NCBI GenBank assembly: GCA_903878285.1
Contig: CAIRHB010000002.1
Location: forward strand, 808-64,807
Length of the DNA: 64,000 nt
From: Candidatus Adlerbacteria bacterium
GTDB taxonomy: Bacteria; Patescibacteriota; Minisyncoccia; Phycocordibacterales; SBAW01
Reading direction: 5' to 3'
The notes under the pieces: model-generated
Database searches by the model: none
What the model was told of the DNA's origin: nothing
Seen by the model: the letters and a program-made list of their open reading frames with translations, nothing else
Shown here: positions 9,485-19,040 of the stretch, piece after piece
Layout: each line of letters opens with the position of its first letter
Position numbering within the stretch: the stretch's first letter is position 1
Made by a program: the position numbers and the translations under genes

Positions 9485-9700
9485 CTCTACTAGGATTTAG
9501 TGCGACGGAGTAAGCCTCTGGGCGACCAAAGAACTCCTGGCCATCGCGACCCGACCTTTCGGCCGAGCCCATACCCGTTTCCAGATATGACCTAGTAGAG
9601 TGACTCTGACCAGGAGTCCTTTAATCTCTACTAGGATTTGCAACCATACCTTGGGGATTTTAAGACCCAAGGGTTAGGCCGGCTTTTATTAAGTTGTACA
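9485..9700 (-). ncRNA. Structured 5' leader / candidate cis-regulatory RNA
   Basis: Promoter TTGGAC-17-TATCAT (9734-9706); several stems, GAAA tetraloop, CCTAA/TATGG receptor-like motif, duplicated 14-mer. Confidence 0.45.
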
Positions 9701-9867
9701 CAACCATGATAGCGCTTTTAGGGCTATCGTCCAAGTACTTTAACTTACTTCTGGAGAATTGCGAAGAGGTAACCAACAGGTCTTTTTTGATCGCTTAAGT
9801 TACCAACATCTTGGGTGCTCGGGACGCTCTGGACTCCTGAGGCAGTCTGCGTCATTCCTTGTGGTGT

Positions 9868-11193
9868 ATGACCAACACAACACAAGTGCCAGCGGGGACA
9901 CTGGCTCGGGCGGCGCAAGTCCCAATACCAGTAAAGTATTGTTTGTATGCTCGCAAGAGCACAGAGTCCGAGGAGCGGCAGGTGCTCTCCATCGACTCGC
10001 AAATCAAGGAGATGCTTCAGCTCGCCGAGCGTGAAGGACTCCAGATTGTCGCTATGAAACGCGAGTCGCACTCGGCGAAGGAGACGGGTCAGCGTCCCAT
10101 ATTCAACGAGATTGTCGAGGAGATAAAGGGCGGCAAATACAACGGCATCCTCACTTGGGCACCCGACCGCATCAGCCGCAATGCAGGCGACCTCGGCAAG
10201 ATAGTAGATCTCATGGACGCGGGTGGATTACAAGAGATACGCACCTACAGCCAAAGCTTCCGCAATAATCCGAACGAGAAGTTTTTACTGATGATACTCG
10301 GGAGCCAAGCAAAGCTCGAGAACGACAATCGCGGTATTAATGTAAAACGTGGTCTGCGCACCAGAGTGGAGATGGGGCTGTGGCCGACGACCCCACCGAC
10401 TGGCTACCTGACACAGAAGAATATGGAGAAAAAATGTCAGGTTATCATCGACCCAGAGCGTAGCCCCATCGTGCGTAAGATGTTCGAGAAAATGGCGTAT
10501 GAACATTGGTCGGGGCGCAAGATACATCACTGGCTCAAGTTCGAGCTGAACTTCAAGACGGTGGGTAACAAAAATCTCGCGCTCAGCAACATCTTCCGAA
10601 CGCTACAGAACCCCTTCTACTACGGAGTATTCGAGTACCCGAAAGCATCTGGAAACTGGTATACCGGCAAGCATGAACCACTGATAACCAAGGAGCTGTT
10701 CGAGCTTGTACAGACACAACTCAAGCGGGACAACATCACCCGACAAAGCCACGAGTTCGCTTTCACCAAACTCATTGTCTGCGGCAAGTGTGGATCATGC
10801 GTGAGTGCCGAGGAAAAGTACAAACCGCGCAAGGATGGGACCACGATACGATACGTCTACTACGGATGTGGCAGATCAAAAGACCATCACTGCAAAGGTA
10901 ACAAATACTTGCGCGAGGAAGATCTGGTCGAGCAACTGCTTGGCGTGCTTGATCAAATCGACCTCAACGTGCTCGGTGTACAGATAAAGTTCAAAGATGA
11001 GCTCAAGCGGCACAACAAATTCCAGCGCACGGTACTGGGACTATCAAACCCATCTGCCGAGCACGAAGATATCGACCTCAAGACCTATGCCAAATACATT
11101 CTCAAGGAGGGTACCATGGAGGAAAAGCGTGAACTGATGGGGTGCTTCAAGACAAAGCTCAAGATCACAGAGGGTGTTGTAACTATCGGCTAG
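9868..11193 (+). CDS. Large serine recombinase (resolvase + recombinase + Zn ribbon)
   Basis: YARKSTE catalytic motif, DRISRN, CGKCG..YYGC. Confidence 0.92.
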   Translation: MTNTTQVPAGTLARAAQVPIPVKYCLYARKSTESEERQVLSIDSQIKEMLQLAEREGLQIVAMKRESHSAKETGQRPIFNEIVEEIKGGKYNGILTWAPDRISRNAGDLGKIVDLMDAGGLQEIRTYSQSFRNNPNEKFLLMILGSQAKLENDNRGINVKRGLRTRVEMGLWPTTPPTGYLTQKNMEKKCQVIIDPERSPIVRKMFEKMAYEHWSGRKIHHWLKFELNFKTVGNKNLALSNIFRTLQNPFYYGVFEYPKASGNWYTGKHEPLITKELFELVQTQLKRDNITRQSHEFAFTKLIVCGKCGSCVSAEEKYKPRKDGTTIRYVYYGCGRSKDHHCKGNKYLREEDLVEQLLGVLDQIDLNVLGVQIKFKDELKRHNKFQRTVLGLSNPSAEHEDIDLKTYAKYILKEGTMEEKRELMGCFKTKLKITEGVVTIG

Positions 11194-11204
11194 GGTTGTG
11201 CGTA

Positions 11205-11897
11205 CTAAACCAATCCTAACTTCTCAAATGGATAATGTTTCTCGTCTGGCGTCGACATTACCTCAATCGTCGATTTACCAGATCTTTTCAGACGAAGCAC
11301 CCGCCGTTTTGGATGCCTCAGACACTCTTGCGCGAGATCAAAAGTTGCAACAAGATCAACGGTCGGATAGATTTGCGCCATTGAGTACATCTCTTTTGCA
11401 GGATCGGATTTGCCAATTATTATTATCGGAGCATGAGTTGCCAGATTTTTCTCAGCGAGCGCTTTCTGCAGTTCTGCATATGGCGGCACCAAAATCGGCC
11501 TATGCACGTGGCATAAAATAGTCGTTTGATCGTCATATGATTTCTTGCGAGCAAGCTTAGTATTCATCAGAAAGTCGATCAGATTGGTTTCAGAAGTATG
11601 TTCGTCGAATGTTACAACTTCGACATCTTGAACCGCAAAATCGTTGTCTCGAATCTTCTTCTCGTAGCAGCCGGTCCGCACATCAGGGCTTCCTTCATCG
11701 TCGCTGACGAGCTGCATCCAGAATTCTCTGTTGAGAGTTTTCATGATGCCCATAAGTGAAATAGCTACAATATAGCATTCAGCCGCTTTTCGGTAGATTT
11801 CGCTGCCGGGTACTATTTTGCGTTGTCGCTCCAACTCTCTGAAGTGATGGATGACGTTTAATGGCGGGAACCAAAGGTTGTCAGCGAGAAATATCAT
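11205..11897 (-). CDS. Hypothetical protein (possible PD-(D/E)XK-like fold)
   Basis: 230-aa ORF; SPDV..DVEV pattern. Confidence 0.6.
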   Translation of the reverse strand: MIFLADNLWFPPLNVIHHFRELERQRKIVPGSEIYRKAAECYIVAISLMGIMKTLNREFWMQLVSDDEGSPDVRTGCYEKKIRDNDFAVQDVEVVTFDEHTSETNLIDFLMNTKLARKKSYDDQTTILCHVHRPILVPPYAELQKALAEKNLATHAPIIIIGKSDPAKEMYSMAQIYPTVDLVATFDLAQECLRHPKRRVLRLKRSGKSTIEVMSTPDEKHYPFEKLGLV

Positions 11898-12036
11898 ACA
11901 CGCTAATAATAAGCTCTCGGGTCTGTCCGATACAAAAGTCTGCGGGCGGGCCGTCTTGAGCTAGAACCGTGGTCGGTCAAGCCCTGTTTGACGGAATAGC
12001 TACATTTTACACTATTGAAACGACGCATCTCGAGCG

Positions 12037-12252
12037 CTATGCCTTTCGCCACTGATCAGGTTTTCCTTTGTTTGTATGACGAACGCGCTCTACATCCGGG
12101 CGCACGTCCGGAAACATCTTTTGTGCTTTTGCAATTGCCTTCGCTTGCGTAGGCGCAGTCGCAGAAGCTCGTTTTGAATGCTCCTGGCGAACGGCATAAT
12201 CGCCCTCGGGCCGCTTCTCTATGTAGATATCTGGTCCTTTCTTCTTACCCAT
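12037..12252 (-). CDS. DUF2188-like small protein
   Basis: YAVRQEHSKRASATAPTQAKAIAKA pattern. Confidence 0.7.
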   Translation of the reverse strand: MGKKKGPDIYIEKRPEGDYAVRQEHSKRASATAPTQAKAIAKAQKMFPDVRPDVERVRHTNKGKPDQWRKA

Positions 12253-12320
12253 ACCCTAAGTGTATCAAATAGTGACAAAAGTGACACGGGAATGAGAATG
12301 GGTTGTGTCACTTTGTCGAT

Positions 12321-13319
12321 TCAACTTAAAAATTCCTCTGGAACCGGATTTGTCATAAAGAATGTGTACGGCGCCCATTTCGCACGGGCAGGCTTGATCT
12401 CTTGGAACTGTTTATTACCAACCCGTTGGTATGAACTAAGAATCTTTTTCGACTTAAGATTCCCATATATATAATTATTTGAGAATCCCATGGTGTTGGA
12501 ATTGATGTAATCGATTTTCTTCTCCGATGTGATCTCAAATTTTGATTTCGAGAGCGGGAGGTCCCGCAACAATAGACCTATTCTGGGGCTGAGAGGAAGA
12601 AATATTGTGCCGTTTCCTAATCCGGCGTTATATATTGGAGGAATATAGGTCGGACGGTAAATCGATATCGGATTATCTGACGTAACGAACACTTTCCAAG
12701 TCGGGTTGATTACGAGGTGCCAGTGCTTACTCCTGTAATACCCGTCTGCAAGCTCCATCGAGAGCTCAATACCCTGAGCCAGAAAGAATGCTCGCGCCTC
12801 TTTAAATTCGACAGAATATTCTTTATTTAGGACGAATTGTCGATGCTCTTCCAACTCTTTTGCGTTCAAGATTATGCCAGCTTCTTCGCTTTGTTTCTTA
12901 AAAACACTTTTATCCATGGCATTCATGGCCATGAATTCTTTCATACCCTCGGCGCGAATAGCTTCCATTGCTTTCACAAAGCCCGGCGTTCTAACTGCAA
13001 GCAATGCAATGAACACGGCGATCATCTGCTTTTGATCATCGTCGCAATTTATTTCCTCGGTACGAATAATATCTTTAATCGCTGCGCCGACCTTTCCCTC
13101 AATCATGGTGTGAAATTCATCAATATCTCTACTCGTCGTTGAATCCTTTTTGTTCGTGAAAGTATAAAAATCTTTCTCGGCAGCAATATCTTTAATGGCT
13201 GCTGGCACAATACTTTCTTGTGAATACTGAAAGATGTGGGGAGTGTAAGGGTTTTTATCAGACGAGAATGCATCCAAGTAGAATTGTGGTACGTAGTGGT
13301 CCTTTGGTTTTCCTGCCAT
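12321..13319 (-). CDS. DUF4238-domain protein
   Basis: HYVPQFYL N-terminus, FVTSDNP, FLPLSP. Confidence 0.85.
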   Translation of the reverse strand: MAGKPKDHYVPQFYLDAFSSDKNPYTPHIFQYSQESIVPAAIKDIAAEKDFYTFTNKKDSTTSRDIDEFHTMIEGKVGAAIKDIIRTEEINCDDDQKQMIAVFIALLAVRTPGFVKAMEAIRAEGMKEFMAMNAMDKSVFKKQSEEAGIILNAKELEEHRQFVLNKEYSVEFKEARAFFLAQGIELSMELADGYYRSKHWHLVINPTWKVFVTSDNPISIYRPTYIPPIYNAGLGNGTIFLPLSPRIGLLLRDLPLSKSKFEITSEKKIDYINSNTMGFSNNYIYGNLKSKKILSSYQRVGNKQFQEIKPARAKWAPYTFFMTNPVPEEFLS

Positions 13320-13454
13320 AGCGCTTTTTATAATACCCCTATGTGCAAGAATGGCGAGTTGACTTAAGAACGTAGGTTAGATTCTGAGACTCGCCGACCG
13401 CCCCTGTACTGCCTTTTGACGCTATTTATTAAATAGCCCAGCGATCGGCAAGTC

Positions 13455-13640
13455 TCAAAACCCATTAATCGCCTCAACTCTCTGTCTATTTAGATACTTA
13501 ATAATGTCGTTTTTATCGAAACGGACACTACCCCCAACCTTAATGAATGGGAGCTGTCGCCCTTGCTGCAGGCGTCGCACTGATGTCGGAGATACCTTTA
13601 AAAACTCAGCGACCTCGTTTATGGTCAATAGTTCTAGCAT
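13455..13640 (-). CDS. Excisionase-like HTH DNA-binding protein
   Basis: LLTINEVAEFLKVS..VRRL..LPFIKVGGSVRF. Confidence 0.85.
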   Translation of the reverse strand: MLELLTINEVAEFLKVSPTSVRRLQQGRQLPFIKVGGSVRFDKNDIIKYLNRQRVEAINGF

Positions 13641-13651
13641 AAAAGATAGGG

Positions 13652-14218
13652 TTATTTAGCGTACACGCACAGCCCATCAATAATGGGCTTTATTACGGCG
13701 TAAATCTGCCACACAAAAAGACTAACGAGCAATCCATATGTCACGATGACAAGCCATGAATGCTTATTGCCGTTAATCTCCTTGAAAACGCCGACCATCC
13801 CTTTTTGTCTCCATTCTTCTTTTGCACGCTTATCACCGAACAGCTCTCGAAAAAGCGAATAGCCGAATTGCGAAACAACATAAATCAGCCCGAATCCAAC
13901 TAATGTCATAAGCGAAGCGTCGGCGGTTTGATGCTCTTTGGGGAGCGAGCAGTAAGCTTGGCCAATGAAAATTATGAGGCTCAAACCAACGCTTGCTGCC
14001 AGAAGAGAGCGAAACACGACGTACCCTGCAACGAACCACAAGATGCTAAAGAATACACCATAGACGATAATGAGTACGACCGGACCAACGGTTGCAAAAT
14101 ACGAAGAGTGAATGAGGAACCATGAAGTCAGTGACACACCACCTAAGAAAATAAGAAACGACTTCAGATCCTTCCTTTGTACCCCAAGTTTATCGAGCAA
14201 TTTGTGAAAGGTGTTCAT
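13652..14218 (-). CDS. Hypothetical membrane protein
   Basis: About five hydrophobic segments. Confidence 0.7.
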   Translation of the reverse strand: MNTFHKLLDKLGVQRKDLKSFLIFLGGVSLTSWFLIHSSYFATVGPVVLIIVYGVFFSILWFVAGYVVFRSLLAASVGLSLIIFIGQAYCSLPKEHQTADASLMTLVGFGLIYVVSQFGYSLFRELFGDKRAKEEWRQKGMVGVFKEINGNKHSWLVIVTYGLLVSLFVWQIYAVIKPIIDGLCVYAK

Positions 14219-14249
14219 AAATGAAATTGAAAGAGTAAGCTTGAGATTT

Positions 14250-15428
14250 TTATTTTCCAATTTTAATTTGCGGCAGCAATTCCGCAGTAAGATCTGCCGC
14301 CTCTTCTATCGATATTTTGTCCCCGAGCGTAACAATCTCCACGCTAATGCGGAAAACGATTTTTGCGGTCCCGAGCGCGGCGAGTATTTTGTCCTTGTTT
14401 GTCATATACTCTGCATTTTGCTCATTCACACCCTTTTCGCGCCCCTTGATATTAGTGGCGAAGCCAAACTTACCGGGCAAAAACTCTTCCGCGTTTATAT
14501 ACCGTCCATCGGGGGCATTGATGCCGTCATGAAAGATATGCGATTGATAGCCCTCGGGCAGCTCAAGCGATAGCCGTATGTCGCGTACCAGTATTTTTCT
14601 GCTTGATAGATTTTTGATAATGACCGGGATCATGAGGGTAAAACTTTCGGCCAGTCCTTCACGCGTCGTCACGATTTTACTAAAGCCTACTTTCTCAATC
14701 TCAATCTTTGGTAGGTCTGAACGCACTTCCATAGCGCCACGGGTGGAAACGATTTTCTTCCCACCAGGCAGTGTTACTGTGGTTTCAATATGCGGTACGA
14801 TATCCGTTGGCTCCGATCTCCCATCTTCAAGTCTTAGGGAGCCATTTTCTTTATCAACGATGACATGAGCTTTATCACCGCTGCCGTCGCGCTTGCCGAT
14901 GAGTAGGTGTTCATCGTGTCCTTGCGAGCGGGACTCGATAAAAATATTTTCATTTTTGTACCTGCTTTTTACCGTCTTGCCGCGCGCCGGTGTTTCCGCT
15001 TGTGAGCGCATAAATGACTCAACGCGATCCCTGTGGCGCAATTCTAGTTCTTGCGACGCGCGGTTGTATAAGCTACCGGGCACGTTTGAATTATCATTTC
15101 GACGCACAATTTCTCGCAGCTCCTCGTCGGTTCTTTTTGTAAGATCGCTGTAATCTTGAACTTCAAACTGGGCAAAATACTTTGCCACTCGATCTGGGGT
15201 CGAAGAAAAACCTTCGTGATAAATATCCTGCCCCTCGTTTTCGATTAAAAGGAAACCTTCCGCTTTCAGATGATGCAAAAAACCCTTTATGTGTTCTATC
15301 TCCTCATTTTGGAGGTTGGGTCGTATAGGCGTAACCAAAAGTTCAGCGATGCGGTGAACCTTCATAAAGCCGCTTCGTGCTCTAAAAAACTCCATTATTT
15401 GCTTCTTATTCGGGTACACCAGTTCCAT
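14250..15428 (-). CDS. Hypothetical protein
   Basis: 392-aa ORF co-directional with neighbours. Confidence 0.7.
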   Translation of the reverse strand: MELVYPNKKQIMEFFRARSGFMKVHRIAELLVTPIRPNLQNEEIEHIKGFLHHLKAEGFLLIENEGQDIYHEGFSSTPDRVAKYFAQFEVQDYSDLTKRTDEELREIVRRNDNSNVPGSLYNRASQELELRHRDRVESFMRSQAETPARGKTVKSRYKNENIFIESRSQGHDEHLLIGKRDGSGDKAHVIVDKENGSLRLEDGRSEPTDIVPHIETTVTLPGGKKIVSTRGAMEVRSDLPKIEIEKVGFSKIVTTREGLAESFTLMIPVIIKNLSSRKILVRDIRLSLELPEGYQSHIFHDGINAPDGRYINAEEFLPGKFGFATNIKGREKGVNEQNAEYMTNKDKILAALGTAKIVFRISVEIVTLGDKISIEEAADLTAELLPQIKIGK

Positions 15429-15455
15429 ACCCGCAATCCTAGCAAAAAAGCAGCT

Positions 15456-16771
15456 TTATTTCCTCTTTCGCTTTTTACTGTCTCGTAACCTCTTTATATG
15501 CTCCTGACGCGTGCGTCTTTCCTCCCACTTCTTCTTTTTCTCCTCTTCTCGCGCTTTCATCTCCTCGGGTGGCACCACGCGCATGTAGTCCATGATCTTA
15601 TAGCCCTTGAGGACTTTGAACGGATCTCGGTGCTGATACCACTTTCCTCCGCCCTTGGTCTCCAACAACTTTTTTGGAGGCAGGAATCCTTTGTTGTCCT
15701 CGACCAAGAATAGTTCGGTGTGCACACCTTTCCCATAGTGGCTCACGGTTCGCGCCTTGAGTATGCCCATACGCATCCATTTGCCGACCGTCGGCCCTTT
15801 AAGATTGAAATTAGAGTCGAGGTCATACCTGCTGTACCAAATGTTTTTATCCTTCGCTAGTATGGCGGGAATCTCGCCCTCATCAATCGCTTTCTGACAT
15901 ACAAGACACTTGACACCGTATTTGTCGTACCAATTGTCGCCGCTCTGCGTATGCTGGCCGCATATCGCGCACGTATAACTGCCATCAAGATGAAAACCTT
16001 TGGGATTTGCCTTGAGTTTCTCGTCCCGCGCCTTATCTTTCTCTTTGATTTCCTCCATGAGCTTTCCCATTCGTTCCATACCGCTCTTCATCTCATAGTA
16101 CTTTTGACCCTCTTCTTCGGTAAGGCAGAAGCGGTCGCGGTCCGCAGCAAAGTTTTGATCAATACCCTCATCTTTCTTATGCGTCCATTCATACTCCTCG
16201 GTGTTCGCATAGCCGCACTTAACGCACGTCGTAGTCGTAACCGATCGCTTGTCGTCGTCCTCTATCTTCTTCTCAACCGGGCTGCGGCAATTCGGGCATA
16301 GCTCTGGCTTTGGCCGCCACTCTTCGCCGTTCGAGAAGAATGCGCGGCGCGGCATACAGTTGTTCGTGCAGTCGTACATAACAAAAGGCGCTCGGGCATA
16401 TCTTTGCCGGATTCATACCAGAGCGTTTTGAATGTCGGCTTTACTAAGTTTCGGCACGCAAGACAGCGGATACCCTCGGGGGCCTGCGCGGATTCGATCA
16501 GGTCGTCGAGTTTCTGGTCCCGATCCATCCACTCGCGGATTGTATTTTCTTTCTTGAGATATCGCTCACCAGTCTCCATTCGCAGATACCATTCTTTAGC
16601 ACCATCGATGGCTCGTTTCGCTTCCTCTTTACTCAAACCTTTTGGCTTTTTGGGCAAATCATCTACTCCTTTCGCTTTAAAAGATTGTTCTGTCCTACGA
16701 CACATCTCCACCGTGCCTCGATCATACAGGTCGGAGTAATAGAGGTGCGGCTTGAGATGCGGCTCGCTCAT
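15456..16771 (-). pseudogene. Multi-Zn-finger hypothetical protein split by a one-base frameshift near 16380
   Basis: ..ERLL|FMYDC.. is restored by one extra T; several CxxC pairs. Confidence 0.65.
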
Positions 16772-16836
16772 ACCATAAATAATATTCAGAAAATCAGTCT
16801 TCGTAAATATGTCAGAAACGGCTGTATACTTCATGT

Positions 16837-17187
16837 ATGGCAGAGATAGAACGCATATACATAAAAGACCTGACCCTCCATTCGAGGGAGTCTCGCCCGA
16901 CTACCAAATTCTCAAAGGTTGCCGAAAAAGGCCGTATGTATCGGCCTATCGGCATTAGCCAGACCAAGGAAGTCGCCCCGACAGGTTTTTTACACCTCTT
17001 CGATTTCGAATTACCACAAGACCTAAAAGAGAGGGTTGATCGGGGTGAAGTCGAAATCATGATGCCCGAGGACGGAGTGAATATATACCTTGGGGATGAT
17101 GCCCAAGAAAAGCTCACCCAATTGAACGCCCAAGCTCGTCGCGAACTTATCCACCGCAGCCGCGGCAAGGATTGGCACGCGGAGTAG
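16837..17187 (+). CDS. Hypothetical protein
   Basis: 116-aa ORF just downstream of a TATACT box. Confidence 0.6.
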   Translation: MAEIERIYIKDLTLHSRESRPTTKFSKVAEKGRMYRPIGISQTKEVAPTGFLHLFDFELPQDLKERVDRGEVEIMMPEDGVNIYLGDDAQEKLTQLNAQARRELIHRSRGKDWHAE

Positions 17188-17349
17188 AACGGCGTACAAT
17201 GAACGCACAACTGAATATTACTGGTGGTGCCTCGCAACTTGTTGCCACGCCCACTTCGTAGAGAAAGCCTTTGAGAATCACCCGTTGATTCCCTGAGACT
17301 TCCCCGCGAAGTGGGCTTTCTCGTTATTTATCAAGTAACGAAGAAAATT

Positions 17350-18633
17350 ATGGACAAGGAAAATATTGCGATTGTGTACGTACCCATTACTAACCTCAAG
17401 CCAGCCACCTACAATCCACGCAAGATCTCCAAGGAGGCAATGGAGCAGCTGAAAGAGAGTATCAAGCGATACTCAATGGTTGATCCCATAATCGCGAATT
17501 CTGCGCCCAAGCGTAAGGACATTGTTATTGGCGGACACATGCGTCTGCGTGCCGCAAAAGCACTCGGGCATAAAATCATTCCTGTGGTGTATGTAGATAT
17601 TCCTAACCTCAAGAAAGAGCAGGAATTGAACCTGCGTCTTAATCGCTCAACGGGAGAATGGGATTTCGAGAAGTTGAAGTTTTTTGACTCTGACTTTCTC
17701 ACCGACATCGGCTTTAACGATTCTGACTTGGCCGACATATGGAAAGAAAATCTCGAAGCTGAAAATGACGATTTCGACACCGATGCCGAACTCGCCAAAA
17801 TCAAGAAGCCAAAAACAAAACTCGGTGACTTGATTGCCCTCGGTGACCACCGCCTCATCTGCGGTGATTCAACCAATCCCGCAGTACTCAAGAAACTGCT
17901 TGGCAAGGATCGCGCCTCGATGATATATAGCGACCCTGTCTACAATATCCAGATTGATTACAACGGCGGTATCGGGGGTAAGCAGAATTACGGTGGCAAT
18001 GTAAACGATCACCGCACCTACGACGAGTACAAGGAATTCCTCAAGAAAAGCCTCGTAGCCGCTCTTGCAGTATCAAAGCCCGATACGCACGTTTTCTATT
18101 GGAGCGATGAGACATACATCGGCCTTATACAAGAGCTGTACCGCGACCTCGGCATTCAGAATAAGCGCGTATGTCTGTGGCTAAAAAATTCGCAAAACCC
18201 TGTACCATCCGTCGCGTTCAACAAATGCTACGAGCCATGTACATATGGCGTACGCGGAAAGCCATATATCTCTAAACACATTCTCAATCTCAATGAGGTG
18301 CTGAACAAGGAACTCACAACTGGCAATAATCTCATTCAAGAAACCTTGTATCATCTCGACCTGTGGATGGTTAAACGACTCTCGGGCAAGGACTACGAAC
18401 ACGCAACATCGAAGCCACCAAAGCTCCATGAAAAAGCGATACGCCGTTGCACCAAACCTAACGATATTATCCTCGACAGCTTTTCTGGCAGTGCTTCAAC
18501 AATGATTGCTGCCGATCAACTCAAACGCCGCGCCTACTTGGTCGAACTGGAACCGCGCTTCTGCGACCTGGCTATTAAGCGATACGAGAAGCTCACGGGA
18601 AAGAAAGCTCGCGTAATCTCCAACGGCTTATGA
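17350..18633 (+). CDS. ParB-N domain fused to DNA methyltransferase (variant motifs)
   Basis: ATYNPRK, IGGHMRL; SDPVY; HATSKP; DSFSGSAST. Confidence 0.88.
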   Translation: MDKENIAIVYVPITNLKPATYNPRKISKEAMEQLKESIKRYSMVDPIIANSAPKRKDIVIGGHMRLRAAKALGHKIIPVVYVDIPNLKKEQELNLRLNRSTGEWDFEKLKFFDSDFLTDIGFNDSDLADIWKENLEAENDDFDTDAELAKIKKPKTKLGDLIALGDHRLICGDSTNPAVLKKLLGKDRASMIYSDPVYNIQIDYNGGIGGKQNYGGNVNDHRTYDEYKEFLKKSLVAALAVSKPDTHVFYWSDETYIGLIQELYRDLGIQNKRVCLWLKNSQNPVPSVAFNKCYEPCTYGVRGKPYISKHILNLNEVLNKELTTGNNLIQETLYHLDLWMVKRLSGKDYEHATSKPPKLHEKAIRRCTKPNDIILDSFSGSASTMIAADQLKRRAYLVELEPRFCDLAIKRYEKLTGKKARVISNGL

Positions 18634-19040
18634 AGAAAAATAAAGTAAAAGATGCGTTCCTTATGGAACTGCGAAAAATTCCGATTGTCCAAGTTGCCTG
18701 TGAAAAGGTCGGCGTGTCCCGCAATAGTGTCTACCGTTGGCGCACGGAGGATGAGGAATTTCGTAAAGAAATGGAAACGGCGCTCACGGAGGGCGAAGCG
18801 TTAGTAAATGATATGAGCGAAAGCCAATTACTCAGTCTTATTCGTGAAAAAAATTGGTCGGCAATTAGTTTCTGGCTACGACATCGCAACCCAAAGTTTA
18901 AGGAACGCGTAGAGATTACCGCGAAAATCGAGAAATCAAACGAGCCACTCACTCCCCAACAAGAGGCCGATATCAAGTTGGCGATGCAACTTGGACTACC
19001 GCAACAAACATATGGAGAAACTAAAAGCACTGACCAGTGA
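18630..19040 (+). CDS. Small-terminase-like HTH protein
   Basis: IVQVACEKVGVSRNSVYRW; overlaps the MTase stop and the TerL start. Confidence 0.75.
   Translation: MKKNKVKDAFLMELRKIPIVQVACEKVGVSRNSVYRWRTEDEEFRKEMETALTEGEALVNDMSESQLLSLIREKNWSAISFWLRHRNPKFKERVEITAKIEKSNEPLTPQQEADIKLAMQLGLPQQTYGETKSTDQ

Larger units (their letters stand above)
6433..11923. mobile_element. Integrated element A (ParB-MTase, small-terminase-like HTH, cargo, large serine recombinase)
   Basis: Direct repeat TAAG(G)CTCTCGGGTC at 6433-6447 and 11910-11923; recombinase inside. Confidence 0.6.

Noticed and set aside
9550-9690. c-di-GMP-I riboswitch
   Set aside because: The tetraloop and receptor are in the reverse order and the GGCAAAC/GACGCAAAGC core is absent; kept only as an unclassified RNA.
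16370-16390. Programmed frameshifting as a common theme (also 2572 and ~44833)
   Set aside because: All three breaks are single missing bases, two in homopolymers, which is the pattern expected of assembly indel errors.
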